This document shows, one piece after another, positions 56,485 to 64,000 of a stretch of DNA of 64,000 bases. The position numbers and the translations under genes are program-made. The stretch's first letter is position 1, and each line of letters opens with the position of its first letter. Location of the stretch: assembly GCA_045545235.1 (NCBI GenBank), contig JAZQAN010000010.1:26267-90266 (forward strand), given 5' to 3'. The notes under the pieces were generated by a model. The model had not been told where the DNA came from and did not search any database. It was given only the letters and a program-made list of their open reading frames with translations. This DNA comes from Clostridia bacterium (lineage in GTDB: Bacteria; Bacillota; Clostridia; Monoglobales; Firm-18).

Positions 56485-57534
56485 TTATACAGCAAATAGC
56501 TTTGCTATTTCTTCTTCGTTGATTTTTGAACCTATTACACATATTCTTCCTGTTACATCTGCTCCGCCTGTACGAACATCAGGTTCATCGGGAACATAGT
56601 CAAAATGTATCCAAATACCATCCTCACCTGCAACAATACCTTTGGCACGAAGTATCATACCATATTTATCTTCATCAGCAAGTTTATCAAGACATTTTCT
56701 GATTTTGTCAACAGTATATTTATTTACTGTTTCAACGCCCCAGCTTGTAAATACTTCATCTGCGTGATGATGATGGTGGCCGCACTCGCATTCTTCACCG
56801 TGGTCGTGATGATGATGGTGGCCACACTCACACTCTTCATCGTGGTCGTGGTGATGATGGTGGCCGCACTTACACTCTTCATCGTGGTCGTGGTGATGGT
56901 GATGTTCGTGCTTCAACTCTTCTATATCTGCATCAAGAGAATTACTGCGCTCAATAGCCTCAAGAAGCTGTTTTCCGTCAAGTTCTTCCCAAGGTGTTGT
57001 AACAATAACCGCCCTTGGATTATGCTCCTTTATCATTTCAACACAGTTATGAATTTTATCGTGGTTTATATTGCCTGTATGGCTAAGGATTATACATCCT
57101 GCACTTTCAATCTGGTCATTGAAAAATTCACCAAAATTTTTCATATACATTTTGCACTTATTTGCATCAACAACCGTTGCATATCCGTTAAGAGCCGCAT
57201 CACTCATCTCAACATCTTCAACAGCCTTTATAACGTCGCTTAACTTACCCACACCTGATGGTTCAATAATAATTCTGTCCGGAGAATATTCATCAAGAAC
57301 TTTTTTAAGTGCAACGGCAAAATCTCCCACAAGGCTGCAACATATACAGCCCGAATTCATTTCATTAACCTGTATGCCGGATTCTTTTAAAAATCCTCCG
57401 TCAATACCAATTTCACCAAATTCATTTTCTATAATTACTATCTTTTCACCTTTATAGGCTTCCTGAACAAGTTTTTTTATAAGTGTAGTTTTACCCGCAC
57501 CTAAAAACCCTGAAAAAATATCAATTTTTGTCAT
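56485..57534 (-). CDS. CobW/COG0523-family G3E GTPase metallochaperone with His/Cys-rich repeat insert
   Basis: Walker A GFLGAGKTTL, metal motif GCICC, IIIEPSGV, and a CobW_C-like C-terminal domain. A 50-residue HHHHH/EEC repeat lies between the two domains. Confidence 0.9.
   Translation of the reverse strand: MTKIDIFSGFLGAGKTTLIKKLVQEAYKGEKIVIIENEFGEIGIDGGFLKESGIQVNEMNSGCICCSLVGDFAVALKKVLDEYSPDRIIIEPSGVGKLSDVIKAVEDVEMSDAALNGYATVVDANKCKMYMKNFGEFFNDQIESAGCIILSHTGNINHDKIHNCVEMIKEHNPRAVIVTTPWEELDGKQLLEAIERSNSLDADIEELKHEHHHHHDHDEECKCGHHHHHDHDEECECGHHHHHDHGEECECGHHHHHADEVFTSWGVETVNKYTVDKIRKCLDKLADEDKYGMILRAKGIVAGEDGIWIHFDYVPDEPDVRTGGADVTGRICVIGSKINEEEIAKLFAV
56764..56910 (-). repeat. In-frame 42-nt tandem repeat, 3 full copies plus a partial copy
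   Basis: Units at 56764-56805, 56806-56847 and 56848-56889, with a partial unit at 56890-56910. The encoded peptide is HEHHHHHDHDEECK-CGHHHHHDHDEECE-CGHHHHHDHGEECE-CGHHHHHADE. Confidence 0.9.
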
Positions 57535-57557
57535 ATAAATCCTCTCCCTTTATTAGT

Positions 57558-57586
57558 ATGATAATACTTTTAAAATATATTGTCAA
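57558..57586 (-). promoter_or_regulatory. Sigma-A-type promoter of the COG0523 pair
   Basis: Minus strand: TTGACA (57586-57581), 17-nt spacer, TATCAT (57563-57558). A short AGTAT-N4-ATACT inverted repeat overlaps the -10. Confidence 0.45.
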
Positions 57587-57595
57587 TTAATAACT

Positions 57596-58276
57596 TCATT
57601 TAATTTTTAATGTTTTTAAATATTCTTTTATTTCTTTTGAAATACGGTAGCTTTCCACTGCTTTTTGAATAGTTTTATTATGCACCCATACATCAAGCTT
57701 ATTTTGTTCAATATATTTAACCGTGCAATCATATTGCTTTGCCAAAGCTGTGGCAAAATACCACGCAATCATCATATTCACATAATATTCATCAGATTTT
57801 ACCGAAGCAACAAGTTCTGAATATTCATCTTTAAAATCATTATCCAGAAACAACCGCATCATAATCCCTATGCCGTAACGAACGGTATAAGTATGATGAC
57901 TTTTCATCCACTTTTTTGCATACTCCAACATCATTTTTTTATTTTTACCAAAAACCTTTGGAAAAAACATATCACAGGTTGCCCAATTATCTATATAGGG
58001 CAAAAATTTTTCCGTCAGTTCAACCGCAAGGTCAAAATCCTTTGTTTTTTCAACCACAAAAGCATGAAGATTGTTTTCTTCATAGTATCTGTGAGGAAGT
58101 TTTGAAAGAAAACCATCTGCTTTTTCTGACTTTGCAAATTCATTTGCAAACCTTCGCAAAACAGGTGTACGTATACCTATAATTTTATTTTCATCAACTG
58201 TTGGCATAAGCTTGCTGTGAAATTTTTTGTACTCCATATCCTGCATTTCAAAAAGATTTTTTTGCAATTCATCCAT
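57596..58276 (-). CDS. DNA alkylation repair protein (AlkD-like HEAT-repeat family)
   Basis: Helical repeat protein with the family pattern (KKFHSKLMPT...IGIRTPVLR..A...YEENNLHAF...DNWATCD). Start placed at ATG 58276 (MDELQK). The track start 58330 reaches into the marR operator region. Confidence 0.75.
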   Translation of the reverse strand: MDELQKNLFEMQDMEYKKFHSKLMPTVDENKIIGIRTPVLRRFANEFAKSEKADGFLSKLPHRYYEENNLHAFVVEKTKDFDLAVELTEKFLPYIDNWATCDMFFPKVFGKNKKMMLEYAKKWMKSHHTYTVRYGIGIMMRLFLDNDFKDEYSELVASVKSDEYYVNMMIAWYFATALAKQYDCTVKYIEQNKLDVWVHNKTIQKAVESYRISKEIKEYLKTLKIK

Positions 58277-58333
58277 AAAATCACATCCTGTAAATATTCT
58301 ATCATAACAAGCTTTTTTATTCAACCTCAAAAA

Positions 58334-58385
58334 GATGTTGACAAATCAACATCTTGCATTTATAATAGATGTTGATAAATCAACA
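58334..58385 (+). promoter_or_regulatory. marR promoter flanked by two copies of a palindromic operator
   Basis: GATGTTGACAAATCAACATC (58334-58353) and GATGTTGATAAATCAACA (58368-58385). TTGACA (58338-58343), 17-nt spacer, TATAAT (58361-58366). Operator 1 covers the -35 and operator 2 starts 2 nt after the -10. Confidence 0.65.
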
Positions 58386-58399
58386 AGTGAGGTTTTACT

Positions 58400-58846
58400 A
58401 TGTACGACAGATTTGAAAAATTTTCTATATCTATAGCACAACTTAACAGATATGTACAAAAAATAAAGTCTATGGAAATGACAGATTTAGGCTTAAAGGG
58501 CAATCACACAATGTGCCTTTACTACCTGGGCAGAAATATAAACGGCCTTACATCATCAGAGCTTTGCAACCTTTGTAAGGAAGACAAAGCGGCAATATCA
58601 CGCACTATTTCCGAATTGATAGATTTAGACATTGTAAAGGCAGATTCTACCGAAGGCAAAAGAGACTACAGAACAAAACTGCATCTTACAACAAAAGGGT
58701 TTGAAACATTAGACAAAATAGACGTAAAAATACAAAAAGCTGTAGATATAGGCGGCAACGGGCTTTCTGAAGAACAACGCGAAGCCTTTTACCACACACT
58801 TGACATAATAGCCGAAAATCTTGAAAAGATGCTGAAGATGCAGTAA
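58400..58846 (+). CDS. MarR-family transcriptional regulator
   Basis: Winged-HTH core (LGLKGNHTMCLYYLGRNINGLTSSELCNLCKEDKAAISRTISELIDLDIV...DYRTKLHLT.KG). 148 aa. GTGAGG SD. Confidence 0.88.
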   Translation: MYDRFEKFSISIAQLNRYVQKIKSMEMTDLGLKGNHTMCLYYLGRNINGLTSSELCNLCKEDKAAISRTISELIDLDIVKADSTEGKRDYRTKLHLTTKGFETLDKIDVKIQKAVDIGGNGLSEEQREAFYHTLDIIAENLEKMLKMQ

Positions 58847-59337
58847 AGCTCATATTCGAAAACATCGAAAAAGCCGTTTTTGAAAAAGATGAGACCGCTC
58901 TTAAAAATATGCTTGTAGCATCTCATAAGGCAGGCAGAGCTTTCAGCCGTTCTTATGTTGGTTACATTCACGCAGTATCACATTCACTAAGCGGAAAATA
59001 CAATATGCCCCACGGCCTTACAAATGCTGTTATTTTACCAATAGGTCTTGAAAAATACGGCAGTGTTGTATATAAAAAATTGGCAAAGCTTGCTGTGGTT
59101 GCAGGTTTAGGAAACAAAGAAATGCCAAAAGATACACTAGCCAAAATGTTTATTGAAGAAATTAAAAAACTCAACAAAAAACTTGGTATTCCCGAAAAAT
59201 TAAGCGGAATAAAAAAAGCAGATATTCCCGAAATGGCAAAGTATGCAGATAAAGAAGGTAATCCACTTTATCCTGTACCGGTACTTTGGAATGCAAAGGA
59301 GCTTGAACAATTATATTACGATGTAATGGAGTGCTAA
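58825..59337 (+). pseudogene. 5'-truncated iron-containing alcohol dehydrogenase (C-terminal ~170 codons only)
   Basis: The frame is open from 58825: KDAEDAVKLIFENIEKAVFEKDETALKNMLVASHKAGRAFSRSYVGYIHAVSHSLSGKYNMPHGLTNAVILP..., which is the Fe-ADH metal-binding His region and C-terminal helical domain. The N-terminal Rossmann-like half (GGGS, Asp ligand) is absent. There is no SD before the internal ATG 58909. The frame overlaps the marR 3' end. Confidence 0.75.
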
Positions 59338-59338
59338 T

Positions 59339-60718
59339 ATGACAGAAATTGAAATCAAAAATATAATAAAAAATCAAAAAGCATTTTTCAACACAGGTAA
59401 AACATTGAATGTAAAATCCAGAATTGATGCCCTGAAAAAACTTAAAGCTACTATTGAAAAATACGAAGATGAAATATCGCTTGCAATAAAAGCTGACCTT
59501 GGCAAAAGCAATTCCGAAAGTTATATGTGTGAAATCGGTCTTGTAAAAAGTGAAATTTCCTATATGCTAAAGCACATTGGAAAATTCACTAAAGAAAAGA
59601 GGGTAAAAACTCCCATTGCAAACTGGATTTCCCGTAGTTTTGTAAAACCTGTTCCTTACGGAAATGTTCTTATTATGAGTCCGTGGAACTATCCTTTTTT
59701 GCTTTCAATAGATCCCTTGGCAGATGCTATTGCGGCAGGTAATACTGTAGTAATAAAACCAAGTGCATATTCACCTGAAACAAGTAAAATTATTAAAAAA
59801 ATTATTGAAGAATCCTTTGAAAGTGAATATGTTGCACTAGTAGAAGGTGGCAGAGTAGAAAATCAGCATCTTTTAAAGGGTGATTTTAACTATATTTTCT
59901 TTACGGGAAGTAAGTCAGTCGGAAAAGAGGTTATGTCAAATGCGGCAGAAAAGTTAATCCCCTTAACATTGGAGCTTGGAGGCAAAAGTCCTTGCATAGT
60001 AGACAAAAGTGCAAACATCAAACTTGCGGCAAAACGCATAGTTTTCGGCAAATTTATAAACTGCGGACAAACCTGCGTTGCTCCCGACTATATTTATTGC
60101 CACAAGGATGTAAAACCACAGCTTGTTGAAGAAATAAAAAAACAGATTACTCTTCAATATGGTGAAAACCCACTTGAAAACGAAACATACGGAAAAATAA
60201 TTAACGAAAAACACTTTGAAAGAATATGTAGTCTTATAAACGAGGAAAAAGTTGTAGCCGGTGGCAAATCCAATAAAGATACATTAAAAATCGAACCCAC
60301 AATTATGAACAATGTAACCTGGGACGACGCCGTTATGCAGGAAGAAATTTTTGGTCCCGTACTGCCAATTCTTACATTTGAAAACATCACCGATGTTGCC
60401 GAAAAAGCAAATTCCATGGACAGCCCATTGGCACTATACATTTTCGCATCGGATAAAAAACTTATAAAATATGTAACAGGTCACATCCAATACGGCGGCG
60501 GTTGCATAAACGATACAATTGTACACCTTGCAACTACTGAAATGGGCTTTGGCGGTGTTGGTGCAAGCGGTATGGGTTCATACCACGGAAAACAGGGCTT
60601 TGATACCTTTACTCATTATAAAAGCATAATGGACAAAAAGACATTTTTAGATTTACCAATGAGATATCAGCCGTATAACAAGTTAAACGATAAGCTTATA
60701 AAAATGTTTTTAAAATAA
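59339..60718 (+). CDS. NAD(P)-dependent aldehyde dehydrogenase (class-3-like, ~460 aa)
   Basis: ELGGKSP and catalytic GQTCVAPDY motifs, plus EEIFGPVLPI. GGAG SD. ATG lies 1 nt after the ADH-remnant stop. Confidence 0.9.
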   Translation: MTEIEIKNIIKNQKAFFNTGKTLNVKSRIDALKKLKATIEKYEDEISLAIKADLGKSNSESYMCEIGLVKSEISYMLKHIGKFTKEKRVKTPIANWISRSFVKPVPYGNVLIMSPWNYPFLLSIDPLADAIAAGNTVVIKPSAYSPETSKIIKKIIEESFESEYVALVEGGRVENQHLLKGDFNYIFFTGSKSVGKEVMSNAAEKLIPLTLELGGKSPCIVDKSANIKLAAKRIVFGKFINCGQTCVAPDYIYCHKDVKPQLVEEIKKQITLQYGENPLENETYGKIINEKHFERICSLINEEKVVAGGKSNKDTLKIEPTIMNNVTWDDAVMQEEIFGPVLPILTFENITDVAEKANSMDSPLALYIFASDKKLIKYVTGHIQYGGGCINDTIVHLATTEMGFGGVGASGMGSYHGKQGFDTFTHYKSIMDKKTFLDLPMRYQPYNKLNDKLIKMFLK

Positions 60719-60790
60719 TTCCAACAAATTATAGACAAAACCAAATACGTGTGATATACTTATAAAAATCCTATTTGGAGGTTGGTTATA

Positions 60791-61561
60791 ATGGCAAAAA
60801 CAGAATATGGTTTACAGATGTACTCCGTAAGAGATATAACAAAAGATTCTTTGGAAGAGGCTTTAAAAAAAGTTGCGGAAATGGGATACAAATATATTGA
60901 ATTTGCAGGTTTTTTTGACAACTCTGCAGAGGATGTTAAGGATTGGCTTGACAAATATGGCCTTGTTTGTTCAGGCACACATACAGGCGTTGACAAAATA
61001 ACACCTGAAGAAATTGATGAAACAATAGCATATCATAAAGCAATCGGATGCGACAACCTTATTGTTCCCGGCTGTGACTGGTCAACACCTCAAAAGTGTG
61101 ATGAAACTATTGAACTATTTAATTTCGCAAGCAAAAAACTTGCCCAAAACGGTATTCGCTTCGGTTACCATAACCACTCAAAAGAATTTTTGCCTACTAC
61201 AGACGGAATAATTTTTGAAGATGAAGTTTTAAAACGCACAGATGTCGAAATACAGATAGATACATTCTGGCTTTTTAATGCAGGAATTGATGTTATAAAA
61301 TACCTTGATGAACACAAAGACAGAATTAAGGTTATCCACATAAAAGACGGCGTACCATCAGCTGACGAAGATAAAAATTACGACCACGTTCACGATAATG
61401 TAAAAGGTTATTCAATAGGTGAGGGTGTGGCGCCTGTTGAATTGATTCGCAAATGGGCAATAGAAAATAATGTGCTTATGGTTGTAGAATCCGAAGGACT
61501 AAATCCATCAGGTTTGGAAGAGGTTGAACGCTGCATTAAATATTTACGTACTTTAGATTAA
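60791..61561 (+). CDS. Sugar-phosphate isomerase/epimerase (xylose-isomerase-like TIM barrel)
   Basis: MAKTEYGLQMYSVRD..., YIEFAGF, GYHNH, HIKD motifs. GGAGG 9 nt before ATG 60791. Confidence 0.7.
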   Translation: MAKTEYGLQMYSVRDITKDSLEEALKKVAEMGYKYIEFAGFFDNSAEDVKDWLDKYGLVCSGTHTGVDKITPEEIDETIAYHKAIGCDNLIVPGCDWSTPQKCDETIELFNFASKKLAQNGIRFGYHNHSKEFLPTTDGIIFEDEVLKRTDVEIQIDTFWLFNAGIDVIKYLDEHKDRIKVIHIKDGVPSADEDKNYDHVHDNVKGYSIGEGVAPVELIRKWAIENNVLMVVESEGLNPSGLEEVERCIKYLRTLD

Positions 61562-61567
61562 TTTAAC

Positions 61568-61600
61568 AAAATACGGCAGACAAAATGTCTGCCGTATTTT
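61568..61600. terminator. Bidirectional terminator between convergent genes
   Basis: AAAATACGGCAGACA-AAA-TGTCTGCCGTATTTT. Confidence 0.8.
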
Positions 61601-61611
61601 TAGTATTTAAT

Positions 61612-62946
61612 TTACGGATTCAATCTGTTAGGACCACGGAATATGAACATAGAATCCTTAATATGCATACCAAGCATAAGCATTGTAAGTCTGTCTACAC
61701 CGATACCGAAGCCACCGTGTGGAGGGCAACCGTATTTGAAAAATTCAAGATAAAATTCAACATCCTTTTCAAGACCCTTTTCTGCAGCCTGTTTTGCAAG
61801 AACATCGTATCTGTGTTCACGCTGAGCACCTGTTGTAATTTCAACGCCTCTCCAGATAAGGTCATAACCCTGAGGAATACCATTTTCGTCACGCATATGA
61901 TAGAATGCACGCTTTTCGGCATCAAAATCTGTAACAAACAGGAATTCGTGATTATATTTCTTCTTAACCAAGTCATAACTTAGTCTTTCAGCTTCTGTCG
62001 TAAGGTCACCCTTTTCTGAATCGTCAACTGTATAACCAAATTCCTTTTCAAGTTCGTCATACAAGTCTGCAAGTTTCATAATAGGGAATGGTGTTTCAGG
62101 AACAATTACATCAAGACCGTAAAGTTCTTTAATTTCATCACCGTATTTTTCCTTAACTTCTTTAAGCATATATGCAATAAGCTCTTCTTCCATCTTCATT
62201 ACATCATAGAAAGAATCAATATATGAAAATTCAAGGTCAAAGCCTGTAAATTCTGTTGTATGCTTACTTGTGAAGGATTTTTCTGCACGGAATACAGGAC
62301 CAACTTCAAAAATTCTTTCAAATCCACTTGCCATAGCCATCTGTTTATAGAACTGAGGACTCTGTGCAAGATAAGCGTTGCGATCAAAATATTTAACTTC
62401 AAATACATCTGAACCACTTTCACTTGCTGTGCCTATAAGCTTTGGAGTGTGAATTTCTATAAAATTCTTTTCCAAAAGGAACTTACGCATAGCATTTACC
62501 ATAACAGTCTGCACCTTGAACATTGTCTGATTTTCATCAGTTCTAAGGTCAATCCATCTGTAGTCAATTCTCTGGTCAATGCTTGAGCGTTCAACCGCTT
62601 TCTTCTTCTTTGTTGCAGGAATTTCCTTTCTGTTAATAGGCAAAGCATCTGCAATGCTTTCAATAATAACTTCATCAGGAATAATTTCATAACCGTGAAG
62701 TTTTACATATTCATTTTCAACGGCCTTACCTGTAATTGTAACAACAGAATCGTTTGTAAGTCCTTCCAGGCTTGCTGCAAGTTCAGCATTAGTTTCCTTT
62801 TCAACAGTAGCCTGAACCGTGCCTGTAATATCCTTAATTGTCATAAACACAACATATTTTGTGTCTCGGATACTGTCAACAAAACCCTTAATAGTAATGG
62901 TATTGCCAAGATTGTTTTTTACTTCATTAATGTAAGTACGTTCCAT
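61612..62946 (-). CDS. aspS: Aspartate--tRNA ligase, archaeal/type-2 form (possibly non-discriminating)
   Basis: Class IIb aaRS: N-terminal OB fold, motif 2 FRAEKSFTSKHTTEFTGFDLE, motif 3 GGFGIGVDRL, and a C-terminal ...FRGPNRLNP resembling the type-2 AspRS ending (..PRD..RLTP) rather than AsnRS. GGAGG 5 nt before ATG 62946. Confidence 0.8.
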   Translation of the reverse strand: MERTYINEVKNNLGNTITIKGFVDSIRDTKYVVFMTIKDITGTVQATVEKETNAELAASLEGLTNDSVVTITGKAVENEYVKLHGYEIIPDEVIIESIADALPINRKEIPATKKKKAVERSSIDQRIDYRWIDLRTDENQTMFKVQTVMVNAMRKFLLEKNFIEIHTPKLIGTASESGSDVFEVKYFDRNAYLAQSPQFYKQMAMASGFERIFEVGPVFRAEKSFTSKHTTEFTGFDLEFSYIDSFYDVMKMEEELIAYMLKEVKEKYGDEIKELYGLDVIVPETPFPIMKLADLYDELEKEFGYTVDDSEKGDLTTEAERLSYDLVKKKYNHEFLFVTDFDAEKRAFYHMRDENGIPQGYDLIWRGVEITTGAQREHRYDVLAKQAAEKGLEKDVEFYLEFFKYGCPPHGGFGIGVDRLTMLMLGMHIKDSMFIFRGPNRLNP

Positions 62947-63045
62947 AATAGCCTCCAGTTTATTGTCAAATATTAGTATTTTAATCCACATGAAATAATT
63001 TTATCATATTTTTAGAAAAAAAACAATCCCTATTAAAATTTTTTA

Positions 63046-63074
63046 TTGCCTTTTTTCATCAATAAATGTATAAT
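63046..63074 (+). promoter_or_regulatory. Sigma-A-type promoter of the lipid-kinase gene
   Basis: TTGCCT (63046-63051), 17-nt spacer ending in TG, TATAAT (63069-63074). Confidence 0.5.
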
Positions 63075-63106
63075 GTAATCAAATGTACGAAAATCGGTGA
63101 ATTGCT

Positions 63107-64000
63107 ATGAAGTTTATTTTTTTAATCAACCCTATGGCAGGTAAAGGCAACGATATTGAAAAATTAAAAAAATCAATTACCGAAGCCGCAGAAAAATTTA
63201 ATAATAATTACGAAATATACATAACTAAATCCGTGGGTGATGCTGAAAGATATGTGCGCCAGAAATGCAATAACGAACGTGAACTTACTGCATATATAGC
63301 ATGTGGCGGTGATGGTACATTCAATGAGGTTGTAAATGGTGCCTATGGTTTTGAAAATGCTATTGTGGGCGTTCTGCCAACAGGTACGGGAAATGATTTT
63401 TGCAAAAACTTTCCAGATGCAGATTTTAAAAATATATATGCGCAATTTTGTGGAATTCCTACAGATTGCGATGTTATCTGTTACAAAGGCATTGTTGACG
63501 GAAAAGAAGTTACGAGATACTGCGCTAATATGTTTAATATCGGCTTTGATTGCAATGTTGCCGACACAACCACAAAGCTGAAAAAATATCCTCTAATCAA
63601 AGGCTCGCTTGCTTATTTTTTAAGTATATTCGTAATGCTCATAAAGAAAAAAGGAGCAGACATACGTCTTGAAATTGATGGTAAAGAAATACATAACGGC
63701 AAATTACTTTTAACCGCAATAGCAAACGGCAAATGCTGCGGAGGAGGTATAAAGAGCAACCCCTACGCAATAACCGATGACGGTCTTATGGACGTTAATA
63801 TAATAAAGGATGTTCCACGGCATATGTTTATTCCATGCCTTCCAAAATATATGAATGGCACACTTTTCAAAACTGATAAATACGAACATTTTGCATCTAC
63901 CTTACAATGTAAAAATGTAGTAATTACTCCAAATTCCAAAATGCGCCTGTGTGTAGACGGTGAAATATATGACGCTGAAAAAATTGAATTTTCAGTTATT
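63107..64000 (+). CDS. Diacylglycerol/lipid kinase family protein (YegS/DagK/BmrU type), 3' end beyond window
   Basis: Absent from the track (no stop in window). Manual translation: MKFIFLINPMAGKGN...ACGGDGTFNEVVNG...LPTGTGNDF..., the DAGK catalytic-domain signature. 298 codons are open to the window edge. Confidence 0.85.
   Translation, partial: MKFIFLINPMAGKGNDIEKLKKSITEAAEKFNNNYEIYITKSVGDAERYVRQKCNNERELTAYIACGGDGTFNEVVNGAYGFENAIVGVLPTGTGNDFCKNFPDADFKNIYAQFCGIPTDCDVICYKGIVDGKEVTRYCANMFNIGFDCNVADTTTKLKKYPLIKGSLAYFLSIFVMLIKKKGADIRLEIDGKEIHNGKLLLTAIANGKCCGGGIKSNPYAITDDGLMDVNIIKDVPRHMFIPCLPKYMNGTLFKTDKYEHFASTLQCKNVVITPNSKMRLCVDGEIYDAEKIEFSVI

Noticed and set aside
56764-56910. Regularly spaced repeats that could be taken for a mini CRISPR-like or intergenic tandem array
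   Set aside because: The units are contiguous, with no spacers. They are in frame inside a coding sequence and translate to a coherent His/Cys cassette.
56605-57243. 212-aa + strand ORF with VMMMVAAL/VVVVMM repeats
   Set aside because: It is the antisense reading of the His/Cys repeat and the GTPase domain of the CobW-family gene. The minus-strand frame has all the COG0523 motifs.
57535-57595. Possible Zur box in front of the COG0523 genes
   Set aside because: Only a 5-bp inverted repeat (AGTAT-N4-ATACT) overlaps the -10. It does not match the Firmicute Zur consensus (TCGTAAT-N-ATTACGA) as I remember it.
62947-63106. Looked for a T-box leader upstream of aspS
   Set aside because: Only ~100 nt are available before the divergent promoter. 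There is no specifier-loop/T-box (AGGGTGGNACCGCG-like) sequence and no terminator/antiterminator pair.

Overview
This is an AT-rich, gene-dense chromosomal segment with about 65 protein genes. Its gene content looks like core chromosome of a spore-forming Clostridia-type Firmicute. Housekeeping blocks recognised from the translations:
- yebC, SPFH, nfeD, cca
- murA and an ABC-F ATPase
- potABCD
- darA-holB-ricT, mecA, rho
- truA-ecfT with a fused ecfA
- cwlD, a sleB-like gene, clpC
- a polar amino-acid ABC transporter
- recD2-comFC, a DAHP synthase, a type-2 aspS

I found no rRNA, tRNA, CRISPR array, transposase, integrase or phage genes, and no convincing defence island.

Three coding regions are missing from the ORF track and were recovered by hand:
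- a truncated yebC at 1-263
- a 56-aa 2x[4Fe-4S] ferredoxin at 20816-20986
- a lipid-kinase gene running off the 3' edge from 63107

Many track ORFs carry spurious N-terminal extensions. I re-anchored these on Shine-Dalgarno (SD) sites.

Loci most worth a second look:
1. A two-gene COG0523 (CobW-type) metallochaperone module. One gene contains a 42-nt in-frame tandem repeat encoding a His/Cys cassette. It sits next to tandem GH105-like paralogs that share a CCxGCxC cluster.
2. A 57-aa Cys/Gly/Asn-rich membrane peptide, followed by a GC-rich, heavily base-paired ~70-nt element boxed in by terminators.
3. A YycH/YycI-like pair, a minimal two-component system and a Na/Pi-PhoU transporter, with phased TTAACA repeats.
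4. A 5'-truncated Fe-ADH remnant abutting a marR cassette that has duplicated palindromic operators.

All functional calls rest on by-eye motif recognition. No searches were run.
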